This document shows positions 28,519 to 38,217 of a stretch of 64,000 nt of DNA, in pieces. Numbering within the stretch: the first letter of the stretch is position 1; each line of letters starts with the position of its first letter. The notes under the pieces were generated by a model that was given only the letters and a program-made list of their open reading frames with translations, was not told the DNA's origin and did not search any database. A program made the translations under genes and the position numbers. This DNA comes from Planctomycetota bacterium (GTDB lineage Bacteria > Planctomycetota > UBA1135 > UBA2386): the NCBI GenBank assembly GCA_965223545.1, contig OZ245006.1:2592001-2656000 (forward strand), written 5' to 3'.

Positions 28519-30048
28519 ATGGCGCAGAGCAACGGTGTAGTCGAGAACGGCGCCGACCCGACCGCGGTCGTCGAGGTTCGCGGCGCGCAGTTCGCCGCTC
28601 TGGTGGCCGGCGCGCACGCCGACCGCGTCGCGCCGCTGCTGCGCGCCGGCGATCCCGCCGACTGGCCGGTCGACGCCGAGGTCAAGCGCTCGAACGTCCG
28701 CCGGGTCGTCACCAGCCGACTGCCCGCCACCGGCGACGATGGCGAGACCGCAGTACATCTCAAGCTCTACCGCGCGGTGCGGCTGTCCGACCGCGCCCGG
28801 GACGCGATCGCCGGCGGCCGCGCGGTGCGCGAGCTGCGCAATCTCCTGGCGGCGCGCGGCCGCGGACTGCCGTGCGTCGAGCCCATCGCCGCCGGCACCT
28901 ACTGGGGTAGCTTCGGCGCCCGCAGCTTCTTGCTCACCCGCAGCGAGCCTGGCGCGCCGTTGGCGCGCGGCCCCCTCGCCCCCGACGTCGCGCAGCGCGC
29001 CGGTCAGCTGCTGCGCCGCGCCCACGACGCCGGCCTGCACGCCCGCGACCTCCACCCGGAGAACATGCTGCAGCGACCCGATGGCAGCCTGTTGTTGCTC
29101 GACCTGACCAGCGCCGCGCTGGCCAACCCGCTCGAGCACGCCGAGCGCGCGCGCGCGCTCGCGTTCTTCGCCGCCGGGCTCGACGGCGGCATGACGGATC
29201 CGCTCGCAGAGCCATTGGCCGAGGGCTACGGCGCCTCGGACTCCCTGTGCGCCCTCGCGGCCCGCGCCGGCCGCCGCCTGCGCCACCGCGGGTTGTCGGC
29301 CTTCGGCCGCCGCGCGCAACGCCCTTGCCGCGACACCGAGGTCCAACGCAGTCGCACCGAGCAGTGGTTCTGGCACCGGCCGGCAGCCGGCCTGCGCGCC
29401 GCCGCGCGCGCGCTGCTGGACGCGCCACCCCCCGCGGTCAAACGCGGCCGACGCGGCAGCGTGCACCTCGGCGACGCGCTGGTGCTCAAGGAACGCACGG
29501 CCGCGGCAGCACGACGTCTGTTCCGCGCGGCGTACTGGCTGCGCTATGCCGGCGTGCCCCACGCGACCCCCGTCGTCCTGCACGTCGCCCGCGGCCGCGG
29601 CCGCGTGGTGAGCGAGCGCCTGCCGTGGCCCACCCTGGCGGACGAGCTCGAACGCGGGCTCTCGGCGGCCGACGTCGTCCGCGCCGCCGCCGCACTCGGC
29701 GACGCGATCGGTCGCCTGCACGGCCACGGGCTGCGCAACCGCGATCTCAAGCTCGACAACCTGGTGCGCGATCCGCACACGAGCCACGTCCTGCAGATCG
29801 ATCTCGACGGTGTGCGCCGCAAGGCGCCGATCGACACGCGCGGCCAGGCCGCCGATCTCGGGCGGTTGCTGGCGGCATTCCGCGCCGCCGGGGCGCCCGG
29901 CGGGATGCGCGCCCTGGCGGCGTTCGAGCGGCGCTATACTCGGGCGCGCTCGTGTCTGCTTCACCCGGCGAAACGCAAGCTTCTCCGACGGCTTACCGCG
30001 GCGCGCGCGCGCGCGTGGGCAAGCGCCCATCCGATCATGGACGCGTAG
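28519..30048 (+). CDS. Lipopolysaccharide kinase (WaaP/InaA/Kdo-kinase family) with two kinase domains
   Basis: Two catalytic loops HARDLHPENML...LLLDL and RNRDLKLDNLV...QIDLDG; start approximate. Confidence 0.8.
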   Translation: MAQSNGVVENGADPTAVVEVRGAQFAALVAGAHADRVAPLLRAGDPADWPVDAEVKRSNVRRVVTSRLPATGDDGETAVHLKLYRAVRLSDRARDAIAGGRAVRELRNLLAARGRGLPCVEPIAAGTYWGSFGARSFLLTRSEPGAPLARGPLAPDVAQRAGQLLRRAHDAGLHARDLHPENMLQRPDGSLLLLDLTSAALANPLEHAERARALAFFAAGLDGGMTDPLAEPLAEGYGASDSLCALAARAGRRLRHRGLSAFGRRAQRPCRDTEVQRSRTEQWFWHRPAAGLRAAARALLDAPPPAVKRGRRGSVHLGDALVLKERTAAAARRLFRAAYWLRYAGVPHATPVVLHVARGRGRVVSERLPWPTLADELERGLSAADVVRAAAALGDAIGRLHGHGLRNRDLKLDNLVRDPHTSHVLQIDLDGVRRKAPIDTRGQAADLGRLLAAFRAAGAPGGMRALAAFERRYTRARSCLLHPAKRKLLRRLTAARARAWASAHPIMDA

Positions 30049-30995
30049 GGATTCGCTGGCAGCGCCGGCTGCGCAATTTCCGGCGACGCGTGTACGGATT
30101 CGCCGCGCGCGGGCTGCTGGCAGTCCTGGTGCGGCTACCCTACGGCGCACTGCGACCGACGCTGTCGGCCCTCACCCAACCGATCCTCTGGTGGTCGTTC
30201 CGCGCCAAGATCGACCGCCACCTGCAGTTGGCCCTGCCCGAGCTGAGCAACGGCGAACGCAAGGCGACCGCGGGCGCCGTGGTCCGCAACACGGCGCTGG
30301 TCGCGCCCGAGTGCTTGGGCTTCGCGGCCCAGGGTCCGCTTTTCCTGCGGAAACGATGCGACGATGCCGCCGCTCGGGAAATGCTCGAGGGCTTTCGCCG
30401 CGAATGGGACGGCGGCTGGATCGGCGTCACCGGTCACCTCGGCAACTGGGAGCTGATGGGCCAGTGGCTCGCCTGCCATCCCGACCTCGACTACGCGGGC
30501 AGCGTCGCCCGCCGCACCTCCAATCCGCACCTCGCGCGGGTCGTCGACGACGTCCGCGGCCGCCACGGCATGCGCACGCTATACCGCGAGGACAGCTCCT
30601 CGCAGCTGGTGCGCCAGCTGCGCGCGGGCAAGGTGGTCGGCATGGTCCCCGATCAGGACGTCGCCGCGATCGGCGGCGTCTTCATCGACGTCTTCGGCCG
30701 CCCAGCCTATACGCCGGTCGGTCCGGCGCGGCTTTCCCTGGCCGCCGGCGTGCCGATCGTGGTCGGCGCCATGCTGCGGAGGGACAATGGCTTCGAGGTC
30801 GTGGTCAGCGCGCCGATCCATCCCGACCGCCGCGCGCCGCGCAACCAGGAGATCCTGCGCCTGACGCGGGCTTGGAGCGCCGACATCGAGGCGATCATCC
30901 GCTCCGAGCCGGCGCAGTGGGCCTGGTTCCACGACCGTTGGCGCACGACACCGGCGCGGCTCGAGGCTCGGCAACGCCAGCGGCTCGAGCTCTAG
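30015..30995 (+). CDS. lpxL: Lipid A biosynthesis acyltransferase (LpxL/HtrB family)
   Basis: VTGHLGNWE, VPDQD, VFGRPAYTP, PAQWAWFHDRW; GTG start approximate. Confidence 0.88.
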   Translation: MGKRPSDHGRVGIRWQRRLRNFRRRVYGFAARGLLAVLVRLPYGALRPTLSALTQPILWWSFRAKIDRHLQLALPELSNGERKATAGAVVRNTALVAPECLGFAAQGPLFLRKRCDDAAAREMLEGFRREWDGGWIGVTGHLGNWELMGQWLACHPDLDYAGSVARRTSNPHLARVVDDVRGRHGMRTLYREDSSSQLVRQLRAGKVVGMVPDQDVAAIGGVFIDVFGRPAYTPVGPARLSLAAGVPIVVGAMLRRDNGFEVVVSAPIHPDRRAPRNQEILRLTRAWSADIEAIIRSEPAQWAWFHDRWRTTPARLEARQRQRLEL

Positions 30996-31004
30996 TGGTG
31001 TGAA

Positions 31005-32213
31005 TCAACGCGCGTCGAGCGCGGCCCGCAGCGGCTGCAACCGCGGTCCCCAATCCGCGAGACCGTGCTCCTCCAAGTGCGCCAACTCGTCGGCGGCCAG
31101 CGATCGCTCGCCGCGCTCCAGCAGCGCCTTGATGCGGCCCACCTGGTCCTCCAACCATGCCTCCGCCTCGACCAGGAGCTGCGCGCGCAGCGCGCGCACG
31201 GGCTGCCGCTCCGCTTCCGTGGCGGCGGTGTAGCCGTCGAGCTCGGCCAACGCAGCAGCGTACCGCCTGCGCTTGAGCCGCACGGCGTGGCGCGCGCGAA
31301 ACAGCACGTCGTCGACCCGATCGGGCTCGCCAAGGCGCGCCACCGTCGCGTGGCGCGCGCGCAGCGCGCGCACTTCGGTGAGCTCCGCCTCGCCGCCGGC
31401 GACGCGCTCGCACACCGCTGCGTGGCGCGCCAACCAGCGATCGATCATGCGCACCAGCTCGCGCGCCGGCTCCCGCGCCGCCGCACCCTCGCGCGCCGCG
31501 TAGGCCCGCTCGAAGTTGCGCAGCGTCTGCAGCTCGTTGCGCGCTGCGGCCAGCGCGACCTCGCCGGACCGCCGGCGGCGCTCGACCTCGACGCGTTCGA
31601 CCAACGCGGTGAGCCGCTGACGCGCAGCGCCCACGGGTGCCATCGCCTCCGCCGCCGCCAGCACGCTCTCCGCGCGCGACACCTCGCCGCCGGCGACGAA
31701 CCGCTCGGCGGAATCGAGCAGGCCGTCGACGGTGGTCCGCCCCTGCGCCACCTGATACCAAACCGCCGCGCCGCCGATCGCGATCGCCACCATCGTGCTG
31801 ACCCAGAGCCCGGAGCGACCGCGCCGCGGTCGTGGCGCGGAAGCGCGGTGCCGCGACCGCACCGGCGCGCGCAAGCCGAGATCGGACGCGATCGAATCGG
31901 CCGCCGACGACAGGTCGGCCGCGGTCGCGGACTCCGCTGCCGCCTCGAACACGATGCGCACCTCACCCACTTCGAGGACGTCGCCATCGGCGAGCTTGTG
32001 GCGCGCCCGGCGCTCGCCGTTGACCATGAACCCGGTCGTGCCCTTGGCAGCGATCGCCAGGAACCCGGACGCCGCGCGCTGCACCACGAGCTGGTGCGGC
32101 GCCAGCGCAGCCACCCGGACATCGGCGTCCACCGCGCTGCCGACGATCGCGCGCCCGCCCACCGGCACGCGCTCCACCGCCCCGCCGGGCCGCCGGATCA
32201 CCAGCTGCGACAT
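31005..32213 (-). CDS. FHA-like domain membrane protein with helical C-terminal region
   Basis: N-terminal FHA-like fold (GFMVNGERRARHKLADGDVLEVGEVRIVF), central TM, TPR-like helices. Confidence 0.7.
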   Translation of the reverse strand: MSQLVIRRPGGAVERVPVGGRAIVGSAVDADVRVAALAPHQLVVQRAASGFLAIAAKGTTGFMVNGERRARHKLADGDVLEVGEVRIVFEAAAESATAADLSSAADSIASDLGLRAPVRSRHRASAPRPRRGRSGLWVSTMVAIAIGGAAVWYQVAQGRTTVDGLLDSAERFVAGGEVSRAESVLAAAEAMAPVGAARQRLTALVERVEVERRRRSGEVALAAARNELQTLRNFERAYAAREGAAAREPARELVRMIDRWLARHAAVCERVAGGEAELTEVRALRARHATVARLGEPDRVDDVLFRARHAVRLKRRRYAAALAELDGYTAATEAERQPVRALRAQLLVEAEAWLEDQVGRIKALLERGERSLAADELAHLEEHGLADWGPRLQPLRAALDAR

Positions 32214-32232
32214 GCCCTGAATTGTCACCAAT

Positions 32233-32269
32233 CGGAAGTACCGAGTCAGACTCGATTTTCTCACTTCGC
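32233..32269 (+). repeat. REP-like arm (left member of inverted pair)
   Basis: CGGAAGTACCGAGTCAGACTCGATTTTCTCACTTCGC; 33/37 identical to rc of 33630-33666. Confidence 0.8.
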
Positions 32270-32344
32270 ACCCCGCACCCCGCGCATTCGATGGAGCGTC
32301 GCCGACGCCCTGGTGAGCCAGAGCGGCCCGTCTAGAATGCCCGC

Positions 32345-32737
32345 GTGCACACGCCTGACGAACCTCCGGTCGAGCCGCCCCGCCGCCGACGGCGCGTGGA
32401 CTTGGGCGTCGTTCTGTTCGTCGTGGTCGTCGCCGCCCTGCCGTTGCTGGCCTGGCAACTCTACCGGGCAATCCAAGACACCCCGTCCCAGGCCGCCGCG
32501 ACGACCGAGGACGCACCTGCCCCCGGCACACTCAGCCGGCGTGCGCAACGCCGCCTCGCCGCGGTCGACGCCGAGATCGGCCGGTTGGAAGAACAGCTGG
32601 AGCGCGCCCGCATGGAGGCGGCGAGTAGCGGGGATCGACGCTGGCTCGGGACCATCGATGATCTGCGCGAACAGCTCACGCAGGCCGCGGAACGCCGCGC
32701 GACCGTCTTGGCCGAGGCCGGACACTCACCGCAGTGA
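32345..32737 (+). CDS. Small membrane protein with coiled coil
   Basis: TM LGVVLFVVVVAALPLLAWQLY; TAGAAT 6 nt upstream of GTG; GTGA overlap with next gene. Confidence 0.65.
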   Translation: MHTPDEPPVEPPRRRRRVDLGVVLFVVVVAALPLLAWQLYRAIQDTPSQAAATTEDAPAPGTLSRRAQRRLAAVDAEIGRLEEQLERARMEAASSGDRRWLGTIDDLREQLTQAAERRATVLAEAGHSPQ

Positions 32738-33621
32738 GCGCGGCCGCTGAGAGTCGCCGCGCCGAGGCGCGCCACTGTGTGCTCGCAACGTGCGCAGCTG
32801 CGCCGGACATCACCGCGGACGACCGGCTGCTGGCCACCGCGCTCGAGCGCCGCGGCATCTCGACGAGCGGCCGACCCTGGTCCGACGCGAGCTTCGACTG
32901 GAGCCGGGTGGACGCGGTGGTCGTCCGTTCGGTTTGGGACTACCACCGCCGGCCGGACGAGTATCGATCCTGGCTCGCGCAGCTCGAACGCGCCGGCGTC
33001 GCGGTGCACAACCCGACGGCCTTGCAGCGCTGGAACCTGCACAAGGGCTATCTCCGCGAGCTCGCGGCACGGGGCTTCCCGGTGGTCCCCACCGATTGGC
33101 TGGCCGCCGGCGAGCACGGCGTGTTGCGCGAGATCCTGCGCACACGCCAATGGGCGCGGGCAGTGGTCAAGCCCGCCATCTCGCTCAGCGCGGATCGAAC
33201 GTGGCGCTGCACTCCGGAAACCGCCGCTGAGGTCGTCGCGTCGATGCACGCCGCGGGCGACCGCGACTGGATGGTGCAGCCGTATCTGGAGGAGATCGAG
33301 ACCGAGGGTGAGTGGTCCTTGGTCTACTTTGCCGGGGAGTTCAGCCACTCCGTGCGCAAGACGCCGGCGCGCGGCGACTTTCGCGTGCAGGGCGAGCACG
33401 GCGGCACGGTCCACACCGAGCTCTCGCCGGCCGCGGCCCGGCGCGCCGCCGACGCGATCGTCGCCCACGCTGCGCCGGCGGCCGCCTTCGCGCGCGTCGA
33501 CGGCGTACACGCCGGAGGCCGGTTCTTGCTGATGGAGCTCGAGGTCATCGACCCCGAGCTGTTTCTGCACCGTTCCACCGGTGCGGCCGAACGGATGGCC
33601 GCTGCGGTGTCGGCCTTCTGA
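32734..33621 (+). CDS. ATP-grasp ligase (RimK/glutathione-synthetase-like)
   Basis: RSVWDY, WNLHKGYL, VVKPAIS, MVQPYL, DFRVQ, ARVD, LMELEVIDPELF. Confidence 0.85.
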   Translation: MSAAAESRRAEARHCVLATCAAAPDITADDRLLATALERRGISTSGRPWSDASFDWSRVDAVVVRSVWDYHRRPDEYRSWLAQLERAGVAVHNPTALQRWNLHKGYLRELAARGFPVVPTDWLAAGEHGVLREILRTRQWARAVVKPAISLSADRTWRCTPETAAEVVASMHAAGDRDWMVQPYLEEIETEGEWSLVYFAGEFSHSVRKTPARGDFRVQGEHGGTVHTELSPAAARRAADAIVAHAAPAAAFARVDGVHAGGRFLLMELEVIDPELFLHRSTGAAERMAAAVSAF

Positions 33622-33629
33622 CGCGCGGC

Positions 33630-33666
33630 GCGAAGCGAGAAAATCGAGTCAGACACCGTACTTCCG
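33630..33666 (-). repeat. REP-like arm (right member of inverted pair)
   Basis: rc reads CGGAAGTACGGTGTCTGACTCGATTTTCTCGCTTCGC. Confidence 0.8.
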
Positions 33667-33712
33667 CGGTTTGGCGCAACGGTGGAGGGGGGTTCGCATA
33701 ATTCGAAACGCG

Positions 33713-36700
33713 GTGCCTTTGTCGCTCGAGGAGCTGTTCGCTGCGTTTCAGGACTCGGCCGATCCCGAGGTGTTGGGCCAGGTGTACGACCGCGCGGCGC
33801 CGCGGCTGCTGCGCGCCGCGGTGCATCTCAGCGCATCGAGCGGTGCGGCCGAAGATCTGCTGCAAGCGACGTTCGTCGCCGCCATCGAGCAGCGCGATCG
33901 CTACGAACGCGATCGGCCGCTGATGCCGTGGCTGCTGGGGATCATGACCAACCAGGCTCGCCTGCGGCGGGCGCGCGAACGGCGCAGGCCGGATCCATCG
34001 CGGCTGCCGGCGGCGGGCACTCGGGATCCGGCGGAGGCCGCGGCGGGGCTCGAGTTCAGCGAGGCCGTCGACGACGCCATCGCCAAGCTCCCGGCTTGGC
34101 AGCAGCCGGTCCTGGTGCTGCACCTGCGCCACGGCCTCGCCCCGGTGGACATCGCCCACGCCCTGCGACGCTCGCCCAACACGGTGCGCTCGCAGCTCGC
34201 GCGCGGACTGCGGCGGCTGCGCCAGTCGCTGCCGACGGCGCTCGGCACGGCGCTCACCTCCGGCGTGCTCACCGAGCGCGGACTGGCCGCCGTGCGCACG
34301 GCCATCCTCACGCACGCCAGTGCGGGCGCGACGCTGACCACGGCCGGCGCGACCACCGTCTCCACTCTGCTGATCGGAACCCTGCTCATGAAGAAAGTCG
34401 TGCTGGCGATCACCGCGATCGGCGTCAGTGCCGCGGTTTGGATCTTGGCCTCTCCCACCCCCTCGCCGCCGATCGGCAATGATCCCGCCGGCGCAATCGC
34501 GCCACCGCGAGTGCAGGAGCCGGCCGCAACCGAGAGCCCGCGCCCCACACCGCGGCCGACCGCCGGTCACCAAGACCGCGTCGCGCTGCCGGAGACCGCT
34601 CGGGCTGCCGCCGGCGATGCCGAGAACGCCACACCGGTGCTGCGCGGTTTGGTGCGGTGGTCCGACGGAGCCGCTGCTGCCGGCGTCCTCGTGCGCTGCG
34701 AGCGCATCGCGAGCGACGCGATGGAGGAGTACACGCCGACCGCCACCAGCGACGCGGAGGGCCGGTTCGAGTTTCCACCGGTGCCGGCGGGCAGCTATCG
34801 GCTCGTCGCCGACCGCGGCGCGCAGCGCGTGGCCACCGTCGCCGACACCCCACTCGAACCCGTGGTGCTCACGTTGGCGCGCGGCTGCGAAGTCATCGGC
34901 GAAGTGCGCAACCCCGATGGCGCTCCGGTCGCCAACGCGCGCATCTGGCTCTCGGTGCGCTACCAGACCGAGGACGGCGCGGTGATCGCGCGCACCGACG
35001 CGAGCGGCCGGTTCGTCGCGCGCGACGTGCCCAACAAGCACTACATCGGTGCGCGCGCAGCGGGGCACCGGCCCTCGCCGCTGCACTTCGTCGACGCCGA
35101 GCCGGGCACGCAACGCTCGTACGAGCTGATCGTGCAGCCCGGCGCGGCGTCGGTCACCGGCGCGGTCCTCGACCACACCGGCCAACCGGTGGCCAACGCC
35201 ATCGTGCGCGGCGCGCCGGCCGGGGCGCCTCCCTGGCGTCAATCGAGCGCCGGGATCTCGGTCGGCTGGGCACCGGTGCGCACCCACAGCGACGGACGCG
35301 GGGCCTTCGAGCTGGGCGACCTCGGCACCGGGGTCGTCGTGATCCAAGTGCGAGCGCCCGGCTACGCCACGTTTCGACAAGAGCTGACCCTGGCCGCGGG
35401 CGCGCGGGCTCACTTGACCGCGCAGCTCGTCGCGCCGGCGAGCATCACCGGCAGGGTGACCGATCCCGACGGCGCCGCGTTGTCGGGACTCTGGATGCGC
35501 ACCGGCCGCAGCTGGACCCAGTTCGACCGCACGATGGCGATGACCGATGAGAACGGCGAGTTCACGCTGCGCGACGTGACGCCGGGTGAGGTGGTCGCGG
35601 CGGTCACGCGCGACGGCTACGTCGTCGCCGAGACCACGCTGCAGCTCGTCGCCGGCCAGACCGCTCGGTGGGACCCCCGCGTCGTCCCGCGGCCCCGCGT
35701 TCTGGGCCGCGTCATCGACACGGCCCGCCGGCCCCTCAGCGGTTGGACCGCGACGCTGATCGCCGACAACCGCTTCGTCGGGCGGGCGGTCACCGACGAG
35801 GACGGTCTGTTCGCCATCGCCTCGAACGAGGGACGCCGCCACCGGCTGCGCATCGGCCCCGGCGAGCTGGGCAAGGGCGTCACGGTGGTCGAGGAAGACG
35901 ACATCGAGACATCGACCTCGGTGCGCGACTTCGTGGTGCCGCTCGACCGCCTGCCGACGAGCACGCTGCGGGGCCGGATCGTCGGGCCCAGCGGCACACC
36001 GGTCGGCGAAGCGCTGGTCTTGGTCGGTGGACACGACCGGCGTGGGGTCGTCAACCTGCGCACCGATGCCGATGGGCGTTTCGCCGCCAAGCAGATCTCC
36101 GCCGGCCAGTACTGGGTCTCGGTGCAACCGGACGACCTGCCTTGGCACCGGATCGCGACAGTCTCGGTGGCGCCGACCTCGACCCTCGATCTCGGCGACA
36201 TCGAGCTCGGGCTCGGCGGGCGCGTCGAGGGCACGGTCGCCGCCGCCGACCAGAGCCCGATCCCCGACCTCCGACTGTCCGTCGCCGACCCGAACGGCGT
36301 CGCGCAAGGCAACGTGGTCGTCGACGGCAGCCACTTTCGCAGCTCGGTGCTGGCACCGGGGGAGTACACGCTGCTGGTGCAGGGGCCGGGCATCGCGCGC
36401 GCACGACACCCGTTCGCCATCCACACCGATCAGACCACGAAGCTGACGATCACCCCGACCCCCGGCGTCGAGTGTACCGTGCGCGCGCAGCTCCCGGACG
36501 CATCGGCAACGCCGCAGTGGGTCGCGATGACCGTGTTTCGCGAGCGCGAAGTGATGGGCGGCGGCATCCTGCAGCGATTGCCGGACGGCGTCTACGAGAT
36601 CGACGCCTGGCTGGCACCCGGGACCTATCGCGTCATGGTCGGCACCGACGGCCAGGCATTCAGCGGCAGCGGAGACCTGACCGTGCGGGCGGGGCACCCT

Positions 36701-36736
36701 GCCGTCGTCGAGATCGTGCTGCGCGCCGGCAGGTGA
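33713..36736 (+). CDS. ECF sigma factor fused via TM to carboxypeptidase-regulatory-like repeats
   Basis: sigma2 (AEDLLQATF...PWLLGI), sigma4 (IAHALRRSPNTVRSQLARGLRRLR), TM region, then many G-x-V-x-D-x2-G-x-P repeats. Confidence 0.85.
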   Translation: MPLSLEELFAAFQDSADPEVLGQVYDRAAPRLLRAAVHLSASSGAAEDLLQATFVAAIEQRDRYERDRPLMPWLLGIMTNQARLRRARERRRPDPSRLPAAGTRDPAEAAAGLEFSEAVDDAIAKLPAWQQPVLVLHLRHGLAPVDIAHALRRSPNTVRSQLARGLRRLRQSLPTALGTALTSGVLTERGLAAVRTAILTHASAGATLTTAGATTVSTLLIGTLLMKKVVLAITAIGVSAAVWILASPTPSPPIGNDPAGAIAPPRVQEPAATESPRPTPRPTAGHQDRVALPETARAAAGDAENATPVLRGLVRWSDGAAAAGVLVRCERIASDAMEEYTPTATSDAEGRFEFPPVPAGSYRLVADRGAQRVATVADTPLEPVVLTLARGCEVIGEVRNPDGAPVANARIWLSVRYQTEDGAVIARTDASGRFVARDVPNKHYIGARAAGHRPSPLHFVDAEPGTQRSYELIVQPGAASVTGAVLDHTGQPVANAIVRGAPAGAPPWRQSSAGISVGWAPVRTHSDGRGAFELGDLGTGVVVIQVRAPGYATFRQELTLAAGARAHLTAQLVAPASITGRVTDPDGAALSGLWMRTGRSWTQFDRTMAMTDENGEFTLRDVTPGEVVAAVTRDGYVVAETTLQLVAGQTARWDPRVVPRPRVLGRVIDTARRPLSGWTATLIADNRFVGRAVTDEDGLFAIASNEGRRHRLRIGPGELGKGVTVVEEDDIETSTSVRDFVVPLDRLPTSTLRGRIVGPSGTPVGEALVLVGGHDRRGVVNLRTDADGRFAAKQISAGQYWVSVQPDDLPWHRIATVSVAPTSTLDLGDIELGLGGRVEGTVAAADQSPIPDLRLSVADPNGVAQGNVVVDGSHFRSSVLAPGEYTLLVQGPGIARARHPFAIHTDQTTKLTITPTPGVECTVRAQLPDASATPQWVAMTVFREREVMGGGILQRLPDGVYEIDAWLAPGTYRVMVGTDGQAFSGSGDLTVRAGHPAVVEIVLRAGR

Positions 36737-36750
36737 ACCGCCGTCCGCGT

Positions 36751-38217
36751 CTACTCCCGCAGTCGCACTGCCGTGCCACGAAACTCACCGCGCTGGAGCG
36801 CCGTACGATCCAGCGCGGCGAGGTGCTCGCGCGCCCAGCGGCCGACGAAGCCCATCGCCTCGTCCGACAGAGCGCGCAGCGCGCTGTCGGTGAACAGGTA
36901 GACGTTGCCCGACGCCGAGGCCGTGCGCAGCAGCCCATCGAAGTAGCCACAGAGGGCGCCGTAGGCCGCGTCCTCGCCGGCCGGCGCAAAAGTGCGGCGC
37001 ACGGCCTGCGCGAACTCGGCCGCGTTGACCCAGGCGACGCCGGCATCGACGCGCATCACCGCGCGCCCTTCCTCGACGTCGCCAAACACGACCACCGGCC
37101 GCTCCGGCGCCACCGCCGCCATCAGGTCGACGGCGTAGCGATCCGGGTGACCCGGCCGGTCATGACCGACGACCAGGGCGACGGCCAAAGCCGCAGCCAA
37201 GACCACCGCGGCCCATCCCCTCCAGCCGACGGCGAGCCGCGCCACGATCAGCGCCGCCGGCCAGAGCAAGGGCATGGTGTAGGCGCCCCGCTCGACCGTG
37301 CCGAAGTGGATCAGCAACACCGACAGCACGCCGAGATAGAACAGGACCGATCCCAACACGACCGCGGCGAGAACGCGCCAGCTCCGCTCGGCGAACCCGA
37401 GCAGAAACCACAGCGACACCGGTGCATAGGCCAGCAACCACTCGTGCACGACGATCGCGCCGTACTGCGCGGGCCCGCCCAGGGTCAAGCTGTCGACCAG
37501 CATCGCCGCCTGGCCTTGCAAGGGCGCGTCGCCGCCGGCCGCCGGCTGCAGCAGCGCCGACAGCAGCAGCACCTCGGTGGCGTGCGCGACGGCAGCTCCG
37601 GCCCAGCAAGCAGCGGTCGACGACCAGGACCACCGCCGGTGACCGCCCGCTCCCCACCACACTGCCGCGGCGAGCGGCAGCAACAGGTGGCCGGTGGCGT
37701 GGACGCTGCCGGCGAGACCGCTACACAAACCGACGGCGGCGACGCGCGCCGCGGACGGCCGTGCCACGGCGCGCGCCACACACCACCACGCACCGCCGAC
37801 GAAGAGAAAGAAGACCCCGTGCACCTCGACCACCGTGGCGAAGAACACGACCGCCGGTGCCGCCGCGCACAGCGCAGCCAGCAAGCCGGCCGCCCCCCGG
37901 GCCAGGCCGAGCGCGCGGGCTGCGGCATGGTGTAGACCGACGCCGACGGCCGCGCACGCCGCGGAGGCGAGCCGGGCCGCCTCGAACACCGACAGGTCCG
38001 GCAGCGCACGGACGAACGCGTGCGCGATCGGCAGGTAGAGAAAGTGGTAGCGATGCTCGGTGTCGCCGCGCCCCAAACGCTGCAAGAACTCGTGCACATC
38101 GACGCCGTGGAACGCGCGTTGGCCGAGCGCTGCGTAGACGACACCCGCAACCGCGGCGATCCACACGGCATCCCACCACGGAGTCGCGTGGTGCCGCGTA
38201 CTCGAGCCGGGGCTCAC
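36751..38217 (-). CDS. Polytopic membrane protein (GT-C/DUF2723-like)
   Basis: About ten hydrophobic segments; HFLYLP and FFATVVEVH motifs; GTGA overlap with upstream gene. Confidence 0.6.
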   Translation of the reverse strand: MSPGSSTRHHATPWWDAVWIAAVAGVVYAALGQRAFHGVDVHEFLQRLGRGDTEHRYHFLYLPIAHAFVRALPDLSVFEAARLASAACAAVGVGLHHAAARALGLARGAAGLLAALCAAAPAVVFFATVVEVHGVFFLFVGGAWWCVARAVARPSAARVAAVGLCSGLAGSVHATGHLLLPLAAAVWWGAGGHRRWSWSSTAACWAGAAVAHATEVLLLSALLQPAAGGDAPLQGQAAMLVDSLTLGGPAQYGAIVVHEWLLAYAPVSLWFLLGFAERSWRVLAAVVLGSVLFYLGVLSVLLIHFGTVERGAYTMPLLWPAALIVARLAVGWRGWAAVVLAAALAVALVVGHDRPGHPDRYAVDLMAAVAPERPVVVFGDVEEGRAVMRVDAGVAWVNAAEFAQAVRRTFAPAGEDAAYGALCGYFDGLLRTASASGNVYLFTDSALRALSDEAMGFVGRWAREHLAALDRTALQRGEFRGTAVRLRE

